Assembly: GCA_051252135.1 (NCBI GenBank)
Contig: JBPOGH010000007.1
Location: 160,001 to 224,000 of the forward strand
DNA from: Verrucomicrobiaceae bacterium
Lineage (GTDB): Bacteria > Verrucomicrobiota > Verrucomicrobiia > Verrucomicrobiales > Akkermansiaceae
Direction: 5' to 3'
Length of the DNA: 64,000 nucleotides
The position numbers and the translations under genes are program-made. Shown piece by piece: positions 37,580 through 46,600 of this stretch. The notes beneath the pieces are model-generated. The model was given only the letters and a program-made list of their open reading frames with translations, had not been told where the DNA came from and did no database searches. How positions within the stretch are numbered: the first letter of the stretch is position 1; each line of letters opens with the position of its first letter.

Positions 37580-39973
37580 TTAGTTTTTGATGACAGTGAA
37601 GAACGCTTTTTCGGCACCGCCGACCACATCAACAGGGAAGGTGTATTCCGTCACACCACCATCCTCGGCGGCGGGAATTCCATCATCGACCTCAATATCG
37701 AAAGTCACGAGGTCCAGAGAAGAGAAAATACTGTATGAGTCTCCCGGATTAGAGGTCCAGGTGACGGTGACTTCGCTATCCGTTCTGCTGATGCTCAGGA
37801 TCTCCAGGTCTCCGATGGCGACGCCTTCGACAGTGACAGTGCCAAATCCGGAGAATTTGGTGTCATCCTGATTCGCGAGGGGGGCCGCTGAAGAAGAGCT
37901 CCCATAAACGCCGGGAGCCTTGCGGGTCCCGTCGATGAACAGATTGCCGACGGTTTCGTTTTCCTCGACTTCGACAGTGCCCCCATTGATCACAAGCGAG
38001 GTGGCGTCTCCGATGGCATCTCCATTGAGGAGACGGAGCTTCCCTCCATTGACGGTGGTAGGACCGGTGTAGGTGTTGACTCCGAGGAAGACAACGGTGC
38101 CGGTGCTGGTTTCATCAATGGTGACACTCATCGATTCTTCGCTCTCAGCGCTCTCAACGATGGGGCGGGAGAAGGTGAGGTTACCGCTTCCCTGGTGATT
38201 AATCAGGAGGGAGTCAGCCAGGATGAGATTACCGTAGTTCTCGGGAACGTTGGGAATGAAGGCATTATTGACATTTCCGAGGTCGATATTGCTCTCCGCG
38301 CCCTCGGCGACGTTAATTTCCGTGGGGTCCACAAGGGAATCGGTTTCCAGGGTGAGGCTTGCGGCAAGTCCCGGGGCATTGTTGACGAGGTAGCGAACTC
38401 CGAAGAAGGGTTGCGTGACCGTGGGATCGACGAACTCCGTGAAATTGAGAGAGCGCACAGTGCGATCTCCATTCAGGAAGGTTTGCGCGGTGACGGCAAA
38501 CTCGTCCATGAAGAAGAGATCGGTGGTGTTGTCGAAGGGCGGGGTGTTGTTATCGAGCCAGTTGTCACCATTACCCCAGGAACCAATGCCTTGGGCGATC
38601 CAGCGGAACTGGGGTTCTTCAACCGTGATGAGGCCGGAATCTCCGTTGGGAAGACCGCCGACTGCGGCCCGGATGACTCCGGTTCCGAGGTTTTGGGCGG
38701 TGAAGGTGGCACTGCCGCCGCCGTTGTCGACGAGGTCTCCGGCTACCAGCGAGTCGGTGATGTTTTCGAGGGTGAAGACAGCACCGGATTCGAGGGCGAT
38801 GAAGTTTCCGACCGAGTCGCGGGAGATCGCGAAGACATCGAGGGTGTCGGCGGGATCGTTAATCCGGAAGGAAGTGTTGCCGATGGGCGTTCCGGTTCCG
38901 TCATTGGCCGATTCGACGCTAAGCACTGAGGCCGGGCCGGCACTGAAGGTAATGGTTGAGCTCTCGGGGCTGGAAACGAGCAAATCTCCGCCCGTTTGGT
39001 TGGCGATGAGGGTGATGTCTTCCGCCACGGTGTATTGAACGGCGGGGAGAGTCACTGAATTCGTTCCCGACAGAATGGTGGCGGTATTGCCACTCAGGAC
39101 TCCGGTGCCATTAGGGGTGGAGAGGGAGATGGTGGTGTCTTGACTGACTCCACCAGCCAAGGGGGAGCCATTACCGTCCTGGGCTTGCACGGTGACGGAA
39201 AAGTCTTCCCCGGCGGTCGCGGTCGCGGGTGCGAGGGTGATCGCCAACTGGTCGGCACCAGCGGAGCTCCTGGAGATTGCCAAGTTGTCGATCCAGAGAT
39301 CGTGGCCACCAGCGTTATCGCCCGCTCCACCTGAGAAGGTGAGGAGGAATTGGACCGTGCCGCCGTTTTCGAGAATCGAGTCGGCAAGGCCGGAGAGATC
39401 ATGATCGATGTCGTCTCCCTGGTTATTGTCGGGCGGAAGCCCTCCTTGAGATTTAATTTCAAGATCACCGGAAGTGTAGACGTTCCCGGCAGTAATGGCC
39501 CCGCCTGGCTGGACGTCCAAGGTGTATGTTCTGGGTGCTTTGGGACGGAACGCGAGGGCGTCCATGTGGAAGGCGTTGAGAGCGATGTCCTCACCGGAAT
39601 TGTTGGTGATGGTCATGGTGATCGTTCCGCCAGTCGTTGCGTTGGACAGTTCGAGGTTCAGACTGGAAGTGCTCTGATCCCCGACGAGCGTGTCTGCCGG
39701 GGGTGGGCCCACATAGGTTCCCCATGTGCCATCGCTACTTGAGCCTCGTGCGTCGAAGGCTATCCAATTTCTGCCTTCGCCGGTAGTGACCAGGCTTGCG
39801 GTAACGCCGGTTGCGACAATGGGTGCGTCGACAGGCACGTCGTCGGCTCCTGAGCCGGCAAAATTATCCCATCCTGCGACGATCTGCGCGGATGAGGTAG
39901 CTGCGGAAAGGGTAACAAGCGCGGCTGCTGCCAGCCACGATTTCCCTTGGTGTGGTAATTTATTTAGGTTCAT
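37580..39973 (-). CDS. Secreted modular protein with shared AGWD...DN domain, Ig-like domains and an autotransporter-associated beta-strand repeat
   Basis: Signal peptide; IVAGWD...LWIDNLAIS domain; NTYTGPTTVNGGKLRL repeat; C-terminal KAFFTV. Confidence 0.85.
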   Translation of the reverse strand: MNLNKLPHQGKSWLAAAALVTLSAATSSAQIVAGWDNFAGSGADDVPVDAPIVATGVTASLVTTGEGRNWIAFDARGSSSDGTWGTYVGPPPADTLVGDQSTSSLNLELSNATTGGTITMTITNNSGEDIALNAFHMDALAFRPKAPRTYTLDVQPGGAITAGNVYTSGDLEIKSQGGLPPDNNQGDDIDHDLSGLADSILENGGTVQFLLTFSGGAGDNAGGHDLWIDNLAISRSSAGADQLAITLAPATATAGEDFSVTVQAQDGNGSPLAGGVSQDTTISLSTPNGTGVLSGNTATILSGTNSVTLPAVQYTVAEDITLIANQTGGDLLVSSPESSTITFSAGPASVLSVESANDGTGTPIGNTSFRINDPADTLDVFAISRDSVGNFIALESGAVFTLENITDSLVAGDLVDNGGGSATFTAQNLGTGVIRAAVGGLPNGDSGLITVEEPQFRWIAQGIGSWGNGDNWLDNNTPPFDNTTDLFFMDEFAVTAQTFLNGDRTVRSLNFTEFVDPTVTQPFFGVRYLVNNAPGLAASLTLETDSLVDPTEINVAEGAESNIDLGNVNNAFIPNVPENYGNLILADSLLINHQGSGNLTFSRPIVESAESEESMSVTIDETSTGTVVFLGVNTYTGPTTVNGGKLRLLNGDAIGDATSLVINGGTVEVEENETVGNLFIDGTRKAPGVYGSSSSAAPLANQDDTKFSGFGTVTVEGVAIGDLEILSISRTDSEVTVTWTSNPGDSYSIFSSLDLVTFDIEVDDGIPAAEDGGVTEYTFPVDVVGGAEKAFFTVIKN

Positions 39974-40106
39974 TTCGATACTGATGGATTGGCTTTGGGT
40001 TGGGATGTTTGATTCACGGGGACGCGTTGGGGTCTCGGCGATGAAGATCCGTGAAACGTTTCCTGTTTAGCAGGTCATGTTATAGGAAGAGAACGGTTTT
40101 TTGTCT

Positions 40107-40126
40107 TGTCACTAGAACACGTGACA
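40107..40126. promoter_or_regulatory. Palindromic operator copy 2 (TGTCAC-TAGAACAC-GTGACA) in a divergent promoter region
   Basis: Perfect palindrome; TACGGT at 40148-40153 (+, 21-bp gap) and TATAAC at 40084-40079 (-, 22-bp gap). Confidence 0.8.
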
Positions 40127-40163
40127 TGCGGGCGAGGGATTTTTACCTACGGTTGGCGGGGTA

Positions 40164-41615
40164 GTGACTCACTTTTGCAGACTTTTTCTAGGAGTATTGA
40201 TTTTGCTTTGTCCGATAGGGGCGAAGGAGAAGAATATTCTTGTTTTCTTCATGGACGACCTCCGGCCTGAGTTGGGTTGTTATGGTGTAGACGGGGTCCT
40301 GAGTCCCAACATTGATGCTTTAGCTTCCGAGGGGATGCTGTTTGAGAGGGCCTATTGTCAGCAGGCAATCTGTGCGCCTTCCCGGATCAGCATGCTCTCG
40401 GGGCTGTATCCCGATACGAGCGGGATTGATGATCTTTGGACGCCGTTGAGAAAGAAGCATCCGGAGGCGATGAGCATGCCGCGTTATTTTAAGGAGCGAG
40501 GATATGTGACGGCTTCGTTTGGAAAGGTCTATCATCATCAACGCGATGATCAGGAGAACTGGGTGGAGCACCTGGATCGGCCGGGGGTTCTTTATGCGTC
40601 CAAGGAGGTGGTCGCCTCGATGGAAGAGCGGAAAAAGGCGGCCCGGAAGAAGGGGCTGTCTCCGCTGGAGGTTTCGGCAGCGAGCAAAGGGCCGGCGGTG
40701 GAGGTTGGGGAGGTCGCCGATGAGGTTTACCAGGACGGGGCGGTGGCGTTGCAGGCGATTGAGTCGCTGCGCCGGAACAAGGAGAAGTCGTTTTTTATGT
40801 GTGTTGGTTTTGCGAAGCCGCATTTGCCCTTTGCGGCTCCCAAAAGGTATTGGGATTTGTATCAGCGGGAGGAATTTGAGGTGCCGGGTCGGGCACTTCC
40901 CGAAGGTTCGCCCGAGATTGCGTTTACGAAGTGGAATGAATTGCGGTCTTATGAGGGGATTCCGACGGAGGGGGATTTGAGTGATGAGCTGACGCGGGAG
41001 TTGAAGCACGGCTATGCGGCTTGTGTTTCCTATGCGGACGCGCAGGTGGGGAAGGTGATGGCGGAGCTGGATCGCTTGGGTTTGAGGGAGGATACGATTG
41101 TGATTTTGTGGGGTGACCACGGATACAAACTGGGGGATCATGGGCTTTGGTGTAAGCACACTAATCTGGAGCTGGATACGCGGGTGCCGTTTCTGGTGTC
41201 GGCTCCGGGGTTTGCGAAGGGGGCGCGATCGACTGCGCTGGTGGAAATGGTCGATGTCTTTCCAACGCTGGCAAAGTTGACCGGTGGGGAGGTGCCGGAG
41301 TCGTGTGACGGGATGAGTTTGGAGCCGGTATTGCACGATGCGGACGCGGGCATTCGGCCCTTTGCGTTGAGTCGTTATCCGCGGGGCTCAACCGTTGGCT
41401 ACAGCATGCGAACTGATCGCTGGCGCTACACGGAATGGATTCAGGTGGACTCTCGAAAGATTGTGTATCGGGAGCTTTTTGATCATGCGGAAACGCAGAT
41501 GGCTCCGAGGAATTTGGCGAAGGTCGCTGAGCACGCCGAATTGGTTGCGGAGTTGTCGAAGCAATTGGATTCGGTGGCGCGAGTGAGTGCGAGCAAGGTA
41601 AAACTGAAGAAGTAG
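40164..41615 (+). CDS. Formylglycine-dependent (S1) sulfatase, iduronate-2-sulfatase-like
   Basis: Signal peptide, NILVFFMDDLRP, CAPSR signature (40371-40385), GKVYH, KPHLPF, WGDHG, WCKHT. Confidence 0.95.
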   Translation: MTHFCRLFLGVLILLCPIGAKEKNILVFFMDDLRPELGCYGVDGVLSPNIDALASEGMLFERAYCQQAICAPSRISMLSGLYPDTSGIDDLWTPLRKKHPEAMSMPRYFKERGYVTASFGKVYHHQRDDQENWVEHLDRPGVLYASKEVVASMEERKKAARKKGLSPLEVSAASKGPAVEVGEVADEVYQDGAVALQAIESLRRNKEKSFFMCVGFAKPHLPFAAPKRYWDLYQREEFEVPGRALPEGSPEIAFTKWNELRSYEGIPTEGDLSDELTRELKHGYAACVSYADAQVGKVMAELDRLGLREDTIVILWGDHGYKLGDHGLWCKHTNLELDTRVPFLVSAPGFAKGARSTALVEMVDVFPTLAKLTGGEVPESCDGMSLEPVLHDADAGIRPFALSRYPRGSTVGYSMRTDRWRYTEWIQVDSRKIVYRELFDHAETQMAPRNLAKVAEHAELVAELSKQLDSVARVSASKVKLKK

Positions 41616-41617
41616 GA

Positions 41618-43504
41618 ATGATGAATTTATTGAAAAAACAGGGGGCGGGAATGCTCCTGGCGATGTTGATATGTGGTGGCGTGGATCTTGGATTTGGGGC
41701 CGAGGTGATTGAGCCACCTGCGGGAGGCGAGGAGGTGGTTTCCTTTTCCAGGAGCGGAAAGCTTCGATTGAGTGAAAAGGCGGGGGAAGCGGAGAATCAG
41801 TGGATTCAGATTGAGGGGATGCCGTTTGCGGAAGCGCATCAGGTGGAATTAACGAAGGTTCCGAAGGCGGCCAAGGATTTGCAGCTCATTGTTCCGCTGC
41901 AGAAATCGATTCAAAAGGGAGACGCGGTATTGGTGTCCTTTTGGGTACGTCGTCCGAAGTCGGCGGGGGAGCCGGGGCCGGCGAGTCTTTTTGTGCAGGC
42001 GGGGGCGGGGCAGAAGCGGTATGAATTTAAGTTTTCGCCGTTTCGGAAGTGGGAACAGCACGTGAGGGCCTTTGAGGCGCCGTCGGATTTTGATTTCAAG
42101 AAGGGGAACGTGAGTTTTCATTTGGGAGCGGCCGAGCCCGTGATCGAGATCGCTAATTTACGAGTGGTGAATTATGGGTCGAAGGTGAAGATCTCGGAGC
42201 TTCCTGAATCGAGGGTCACCTACGAAGGTCGGGAGCCGGATGCAGCGTGGCGGAACGAGGCGCTGGCCCGGATTGAGAAGATTCGGAAAGCGGGGCTGGT
42301 GGTGAAGGTGGTGGATGCGGATGGAAATCCGGTCGAAGGTGCCGAGGTGAAAGTTGAGATGCAGCGGCATGCGTTTCGATTCGGGAACACGGTGAACGCC
42401 CATCTTTTGGGGGCCGGAGAGGAGGGGTTTCCTTACACCAAAGTGCGCAATGGGCAGAAGTTCGTGACGACGTGGGCCGAGGCCCAACGGTATCGCGAGG
42501 TGGTGAAGGATTACTTCAATGCAGTGACCTTTGAGAGTGAGTTTCGGCCCCATGTTTGGAAGCAGCAGACGAGTGGGAGTGAGCGGGGGAAGAAGAGTTA
42601 TGAGATTCTGATGGGGTCGGCGATCCCTTGGCTGAGGGAGCACGGGATCGGGATCAGGGGGCACTATCTCTCCTGGGGAGCGATGGATTTTAATGCCATT
42701 GAGAAGGTTTACGTGGGGAATCCCGAGGGTCACCGGAAGTGGCTGTGGGAGCATATGGCGGATGTCTTGGGGAAGACCGAAGGATTGGTGACGGAGTGGG
42801 ATACCATCAATCACATCGTGGCTTGGGGGAAGCATACCTACGAACAGGAGTATGGCGGAATGGAGATTCTGGCGGAGATCATGGCGGAGGCGCGTCGCCT
42901 TGCGCCGGAGACGACGCATGCGATCAATGAAGGGAAGATTTTGCCCGAGGGATATAAGCGGGAACCTTACAAGAGGGTGATTCATTTTCTCAATGAGAAG
43001 GGGCAGGCGCCGGACACGGTGGGTTTTATGGCGCACTTTGCGCTGACTTCGCTGACCCCGCCGGAGGAGCTGCTGGAGGTTTACGATGATTTTGCAACGA
43101 TCGCGCCACGGCTTCAGTTGAGTGAGTTTGATGTGGAAGCGGGGGACGATGAGAAGTTGCAGGCGGATTACTATCGGGACGTGATGCTCGCGACCTTTAG
43201 TCATCCGAGTTTCCATGCGATTGTGCAGTGGGGATTTTGGGAGAATGCGCATTGGAAGCCGCACGCGGCCCTGTGGCGCAAGGACTGGAGCTTGAAGCCA
43301 GCGGGAGAGGTTTACGTGGATCTGGTAAAGAAGCAGTGGTGGACGGACGAGACACTCAAAAGCGATGCAGAGGGAAAGGGACAGGTTAGCGGGTTTTTGG
43401 GAGACTACGAAGTGAGTCTGATCCACGACGGGAGAACCATCACGAAAGTGGTGAGCTTAACCCGTGAGGGTGCGGAGGTGATTTTTTCTCCGGGCGATGA
43501 GTAG
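41618..43504 (+). CDS. GH10-like glycoside hydrolase with N-terminal CBM-like domain and non-canonical acid/base site
   Basis: MQRHAFRFG, FNAVTFESEF, IRGHYLSW, WDTINH (canonical WDVVNE), GFMAHF, LQLSEFDV (nucleophile), QWGFWE, GFLGDYEV. Confidence 0.85.
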   Translation: MMNLLKKQGAGMLLAMLICGGVDLGFGAEVIEPPAGGEEVVSFSRSGKLRLSEKAGEAENQWIQIEGMPFAEAHQVELTKVPKAAKDLQLIVPLQKSIQKGDAVLVSFWVRRPKSAGEPGPASLFVQAGAGQKRYEFKFSPFRKWEQHVRAFEAPSDFDFKKGNVSFHLGAAEPVIEIANLRVVNYGSKVKISELPESRVTYEGREPDAAWRNEALARIEKIRKAGLVVKVVDADGNPVEGAEVKVEMQRHAFRFGNTVNAHLLGAGEEGFPYTKVRNGQKFVTTWAEAQRYREVVKDYFNAVTFESEFRPHVWKQQTSGSERGKKSYEILMGSAIPWLREHGIGIRGHYLSWGAMDFNAIEKVYVGNPEGHRKWLWEHMADVLGKTEGLVTEWDTINHIVAWGKHTYEQEYGGMEILAEIMAEARRLAPETTHAINEGKILPEGYKREPYKRVIHFLNEKGQAPDTVGFMAHFALTSLTPPEELLEVYDDFATIAPRLQLSEFDVEAGDDEKLQADYYRDVMLATFSHPSFHAIVQWGFWENAHWKPHAALWRKDWSLKPAGEVYVDLVKKQWWTDETLKSDAEGKGQVSGFLGDYEVSLIHDGRTITKVVSLTREGAEVIFSPGDE

Positions 43505-43522
43505 GAGAATGCGGCGTTCTTT

Positions 43523-43542
43523 TGTCACTGGAATACGTGACA
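43523..43542. promoter_or_regulatory. Palindromic operator copy 3 (TGTCAC-TGGAATAC-GTGACA)
   Basis: Perfect palindrome; TAGCCT at 43565-43570 (22-bp gap); upstream of the first CotH gene. Confidence 0.8.
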
Positions 43543-43693
43543 AGACGTGACCGGACCAGGTGGCTAGCCTTCCTGCAATTGAGTTTAGATGTCGAGAAGG
43601 GCTTCACTCGAGTGATCCGGAGGTCGCTTTGGAGAACCGCTTAGGAGGCGAGGTCGGGCTTGCCGATCGTTGGGACTTATAATTTTAAATCGA

Positions 43694-46600
43694 ATGAAAT
43701 CACACCTCGTTCCCTGTCTTCTTGCGGCCCTGCCTTTTATTGGTGAGGCGGGGCTGCTTCTCAACGAGTTTTCGGCAACTCATTCGGATCATCTTTTGGT
43801 GCGTGAAGCGGGGGAGTATCCCCGGGTTGGAAATACCATTCCCTGGAGATCGGCGGACTACGATGATACCGGATGGCAGGAGGGAAACGGGCCCTTTGGT
43901 TCGGGTGTTTCCGGGCTGACGGTGGGGACGGATGTGACGGGGGAAGTGCAGGGTCGGACGCCAAGCCTCTATTTGAGGAAAGAATTTAACGCTTCGGCGG
44001 GAGAGGCGGCGAGCAATGCGACGCTGCAGTTCGAGGTGCGCTATGATGATGGGTTTATTGCGTTTCTCAATGGGGTGGAAGTGGCGAGGAGAGGGATGGG
44101 TTTTGCGGGGATGTTCGGGTATCACGATCAGCCCGCCTATGTGAGCCACAGTCCTTCATCCACTGAGACGATTGATTTGGGGGTGGCGAGTTCCCTATTG
44201 CAAAGCGGGGATAATCTTCTCTGTGTTCAGGTCCATAACGAGACGGGTTCCTATGGTGGTGATCTTTATCTCGATGCCGAGTTGAGGCTTGAGGGCGGGG
44301 CGGTGATAGTGGAGGGGGATTCGTCCTGGCGTTATTTTGCGGGAAGGGCGGCTCCTTCGGGTGGGTTGGTTGATTACGGATTACTGGGGAAGGAATTGGG
44401 GGAGGCTCCCGATGTGTTGTGGGGGACGATTTCGTTTGATGACTCGGTTTGGGCCTCCGGAGTGGGTCCGGTGGGATATGATACTGCCGATCCCGCCGAT
44501 TATGTGGTGGGGACGGATGTGCTTTCCGAGATGCACGGGGTGACTCCTTCGGTTTATCTCAGACACAACTTTGTGGTTACGCAAGCGGAGGCGGATTCGG
44601 CCTTTCCGCTTTCGCTGGAAGTTGATTTTGACGACGGGATGATCGTTTACCTGAATGGATTCGAGGTCTATCGCGACAATGTGGGAACGGCGGGAGTTGC
44701 GACAGGGCACGAAGTGGATGCCGACGGAAACCATCCGGCGACGGGTGATGGGGGAAGTGCGACCGATCGATCCCAGATGATCACGCTGGGAGCTGCGCAA
44801 AGCTTGTTGGTGACGGGAGACAATGTGTTGGCGATTCAGCTTCACAATGCATCGTCCACGAGTTCCGATTTGATCGGGAAGGCGACTTTGAGCACGACGG
44901 GAGCGAGTCCCCGGGTGTTGGTGTCACCAACGGATGCGCTGCGATACTTTGTGGGGATCGAGGAGCCGGCGGCCCTGGTGGGGGAGGATGATCTTGGTGC
45001 GATTGAGGAGCCCTTTGATTCCGAGAATGATTGGATCGAGATTCGAAATCCGGATGGGGTCGCCGTTTCCCTGGATGGTTGGTCCTTGAGTGATGATCCC
45101 ACCGACACGAGGAAGTGGAGCTTTCCCGCCGATGCGGTGATTCCGTCGAACGGGTATTATGTGGTGATGGCCAGCGGGCTCGATCTTTCACCGGGAGCGG
45201 ATGGGACGACCTATGCCCACACCAATTTCAAGTTGTCAGCCGGGGGGGATCAGATGGTGCTCACGCGTCCGGACGGGGGCGTGGAGGATCAATTGCCGGG
45301 GGATTATCCGGTGCAGACGTGGCGTTATACCTACGGGCGGCAGTCGGACGGAGCGTGGGGTTACCTTTCATTAGGTACGCCGGGGGCGGCGAATGTGGGG
45401 GCGGCGTTGGGTGAGGCACCGGGGCTTCCGCTGGTGAGTGTGGAGGGAGGGTTTTATGCGTCGACCCAGACTGTGTCACTGAGTTCGGCGACTCCGGGGT
45501 CGACGATTCGTTTTACGACCGACGGGAGCGATCCATTGGATGGGATTTTGTATACGGGCCCCATCCAGGTGGCATCGAACAGGGTGATTCGGGCGCGGTC
45601 GATGATGACGGATGCGATTCCTTCGGAGATTGTGACGCATACCTATCTCATCAACCAGGGGGCGGCGTACCAAAGTATTCCGGCGATGATCCTGAGTGGC
45701 GATCCGGAGAAGACGTTTTACGGTCCCAATACGTCGGGAGGTCCCAGCAATGGTGAGGGGATTTTTGCGATCAACGGGGGGAATTATGATGGGGGGAGTT
45801 GGAGTGACAATGGAGAGACGACGGCGTTTAACAATGCGGCTGGCAGCGGACGATCGAACGAAAAGTATGGAGCTCTCGAGTATTTGCCGATGAGCGGGGA
45901 GCCCCTGCGGACGGAGCTTGGGATGCGGGTGGCGGGGAGCGGACACACCCGGGTCCGGCTTAAGATTACCGATCCGATGGATCAGCCGTTCACGTCGACG
46001 TCGACGTCATCGACGAAGTTTGAGAAGCCTTCGTTGAATATTTTCTTTCGCCCCGAGTTTGGAGACCGGCCGATTAACTATCCTTTCTTCGGGAGCAACT
46101 CCGTGACCGAGTTCGATAGTCTCCGGGTGCGTGCGGGGAAGAACGATTGGTACAACCCGTTCATCAAGGACGAACTGATGAGGCGTCTTTTCATCAGGAG
46201 CGGTCAGGTGGGGAGCTACGGGACGATTCACACCTTGTGGATCAACGGAGTTTACAAAGGGTATTACAACAGTGCGGAGCGGGTGCGGGAAGGGTTCATG
46301 CAAGCGCATTACAACAGCAATGAGTCGTGGGATGTTCAGCAGGTAAACTCTTTCTCCAGCGGCGATCCGATCAACTGGAACAAGATGATTTCTTATCTTC
46401 GGACGGCCGATCTGACGACGGAGGCCGGCTATGCGGGGGTGCATGATTACCTGGATGTGGACAACTACATCGATTACATTTTGGTCAATGCCTACGCGGC
46501 GATGGGTGACTGGCCTCACAACAACTGGATTGCGGCGAGGGAGCGGACGTCGCTGGGTCGGTGGCGTTTTTATGTGTGGGATGCGGAGGGCTCGTTCGGG

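Noticed and set aside
40164..43504. Assigning a specific substrate (xylan, carrageenan, fucoidan) to the sulfatase/GH10 pair
   Set aside because: Family-level motifs do not fix the substrate, and the GH10 active site is atypical.
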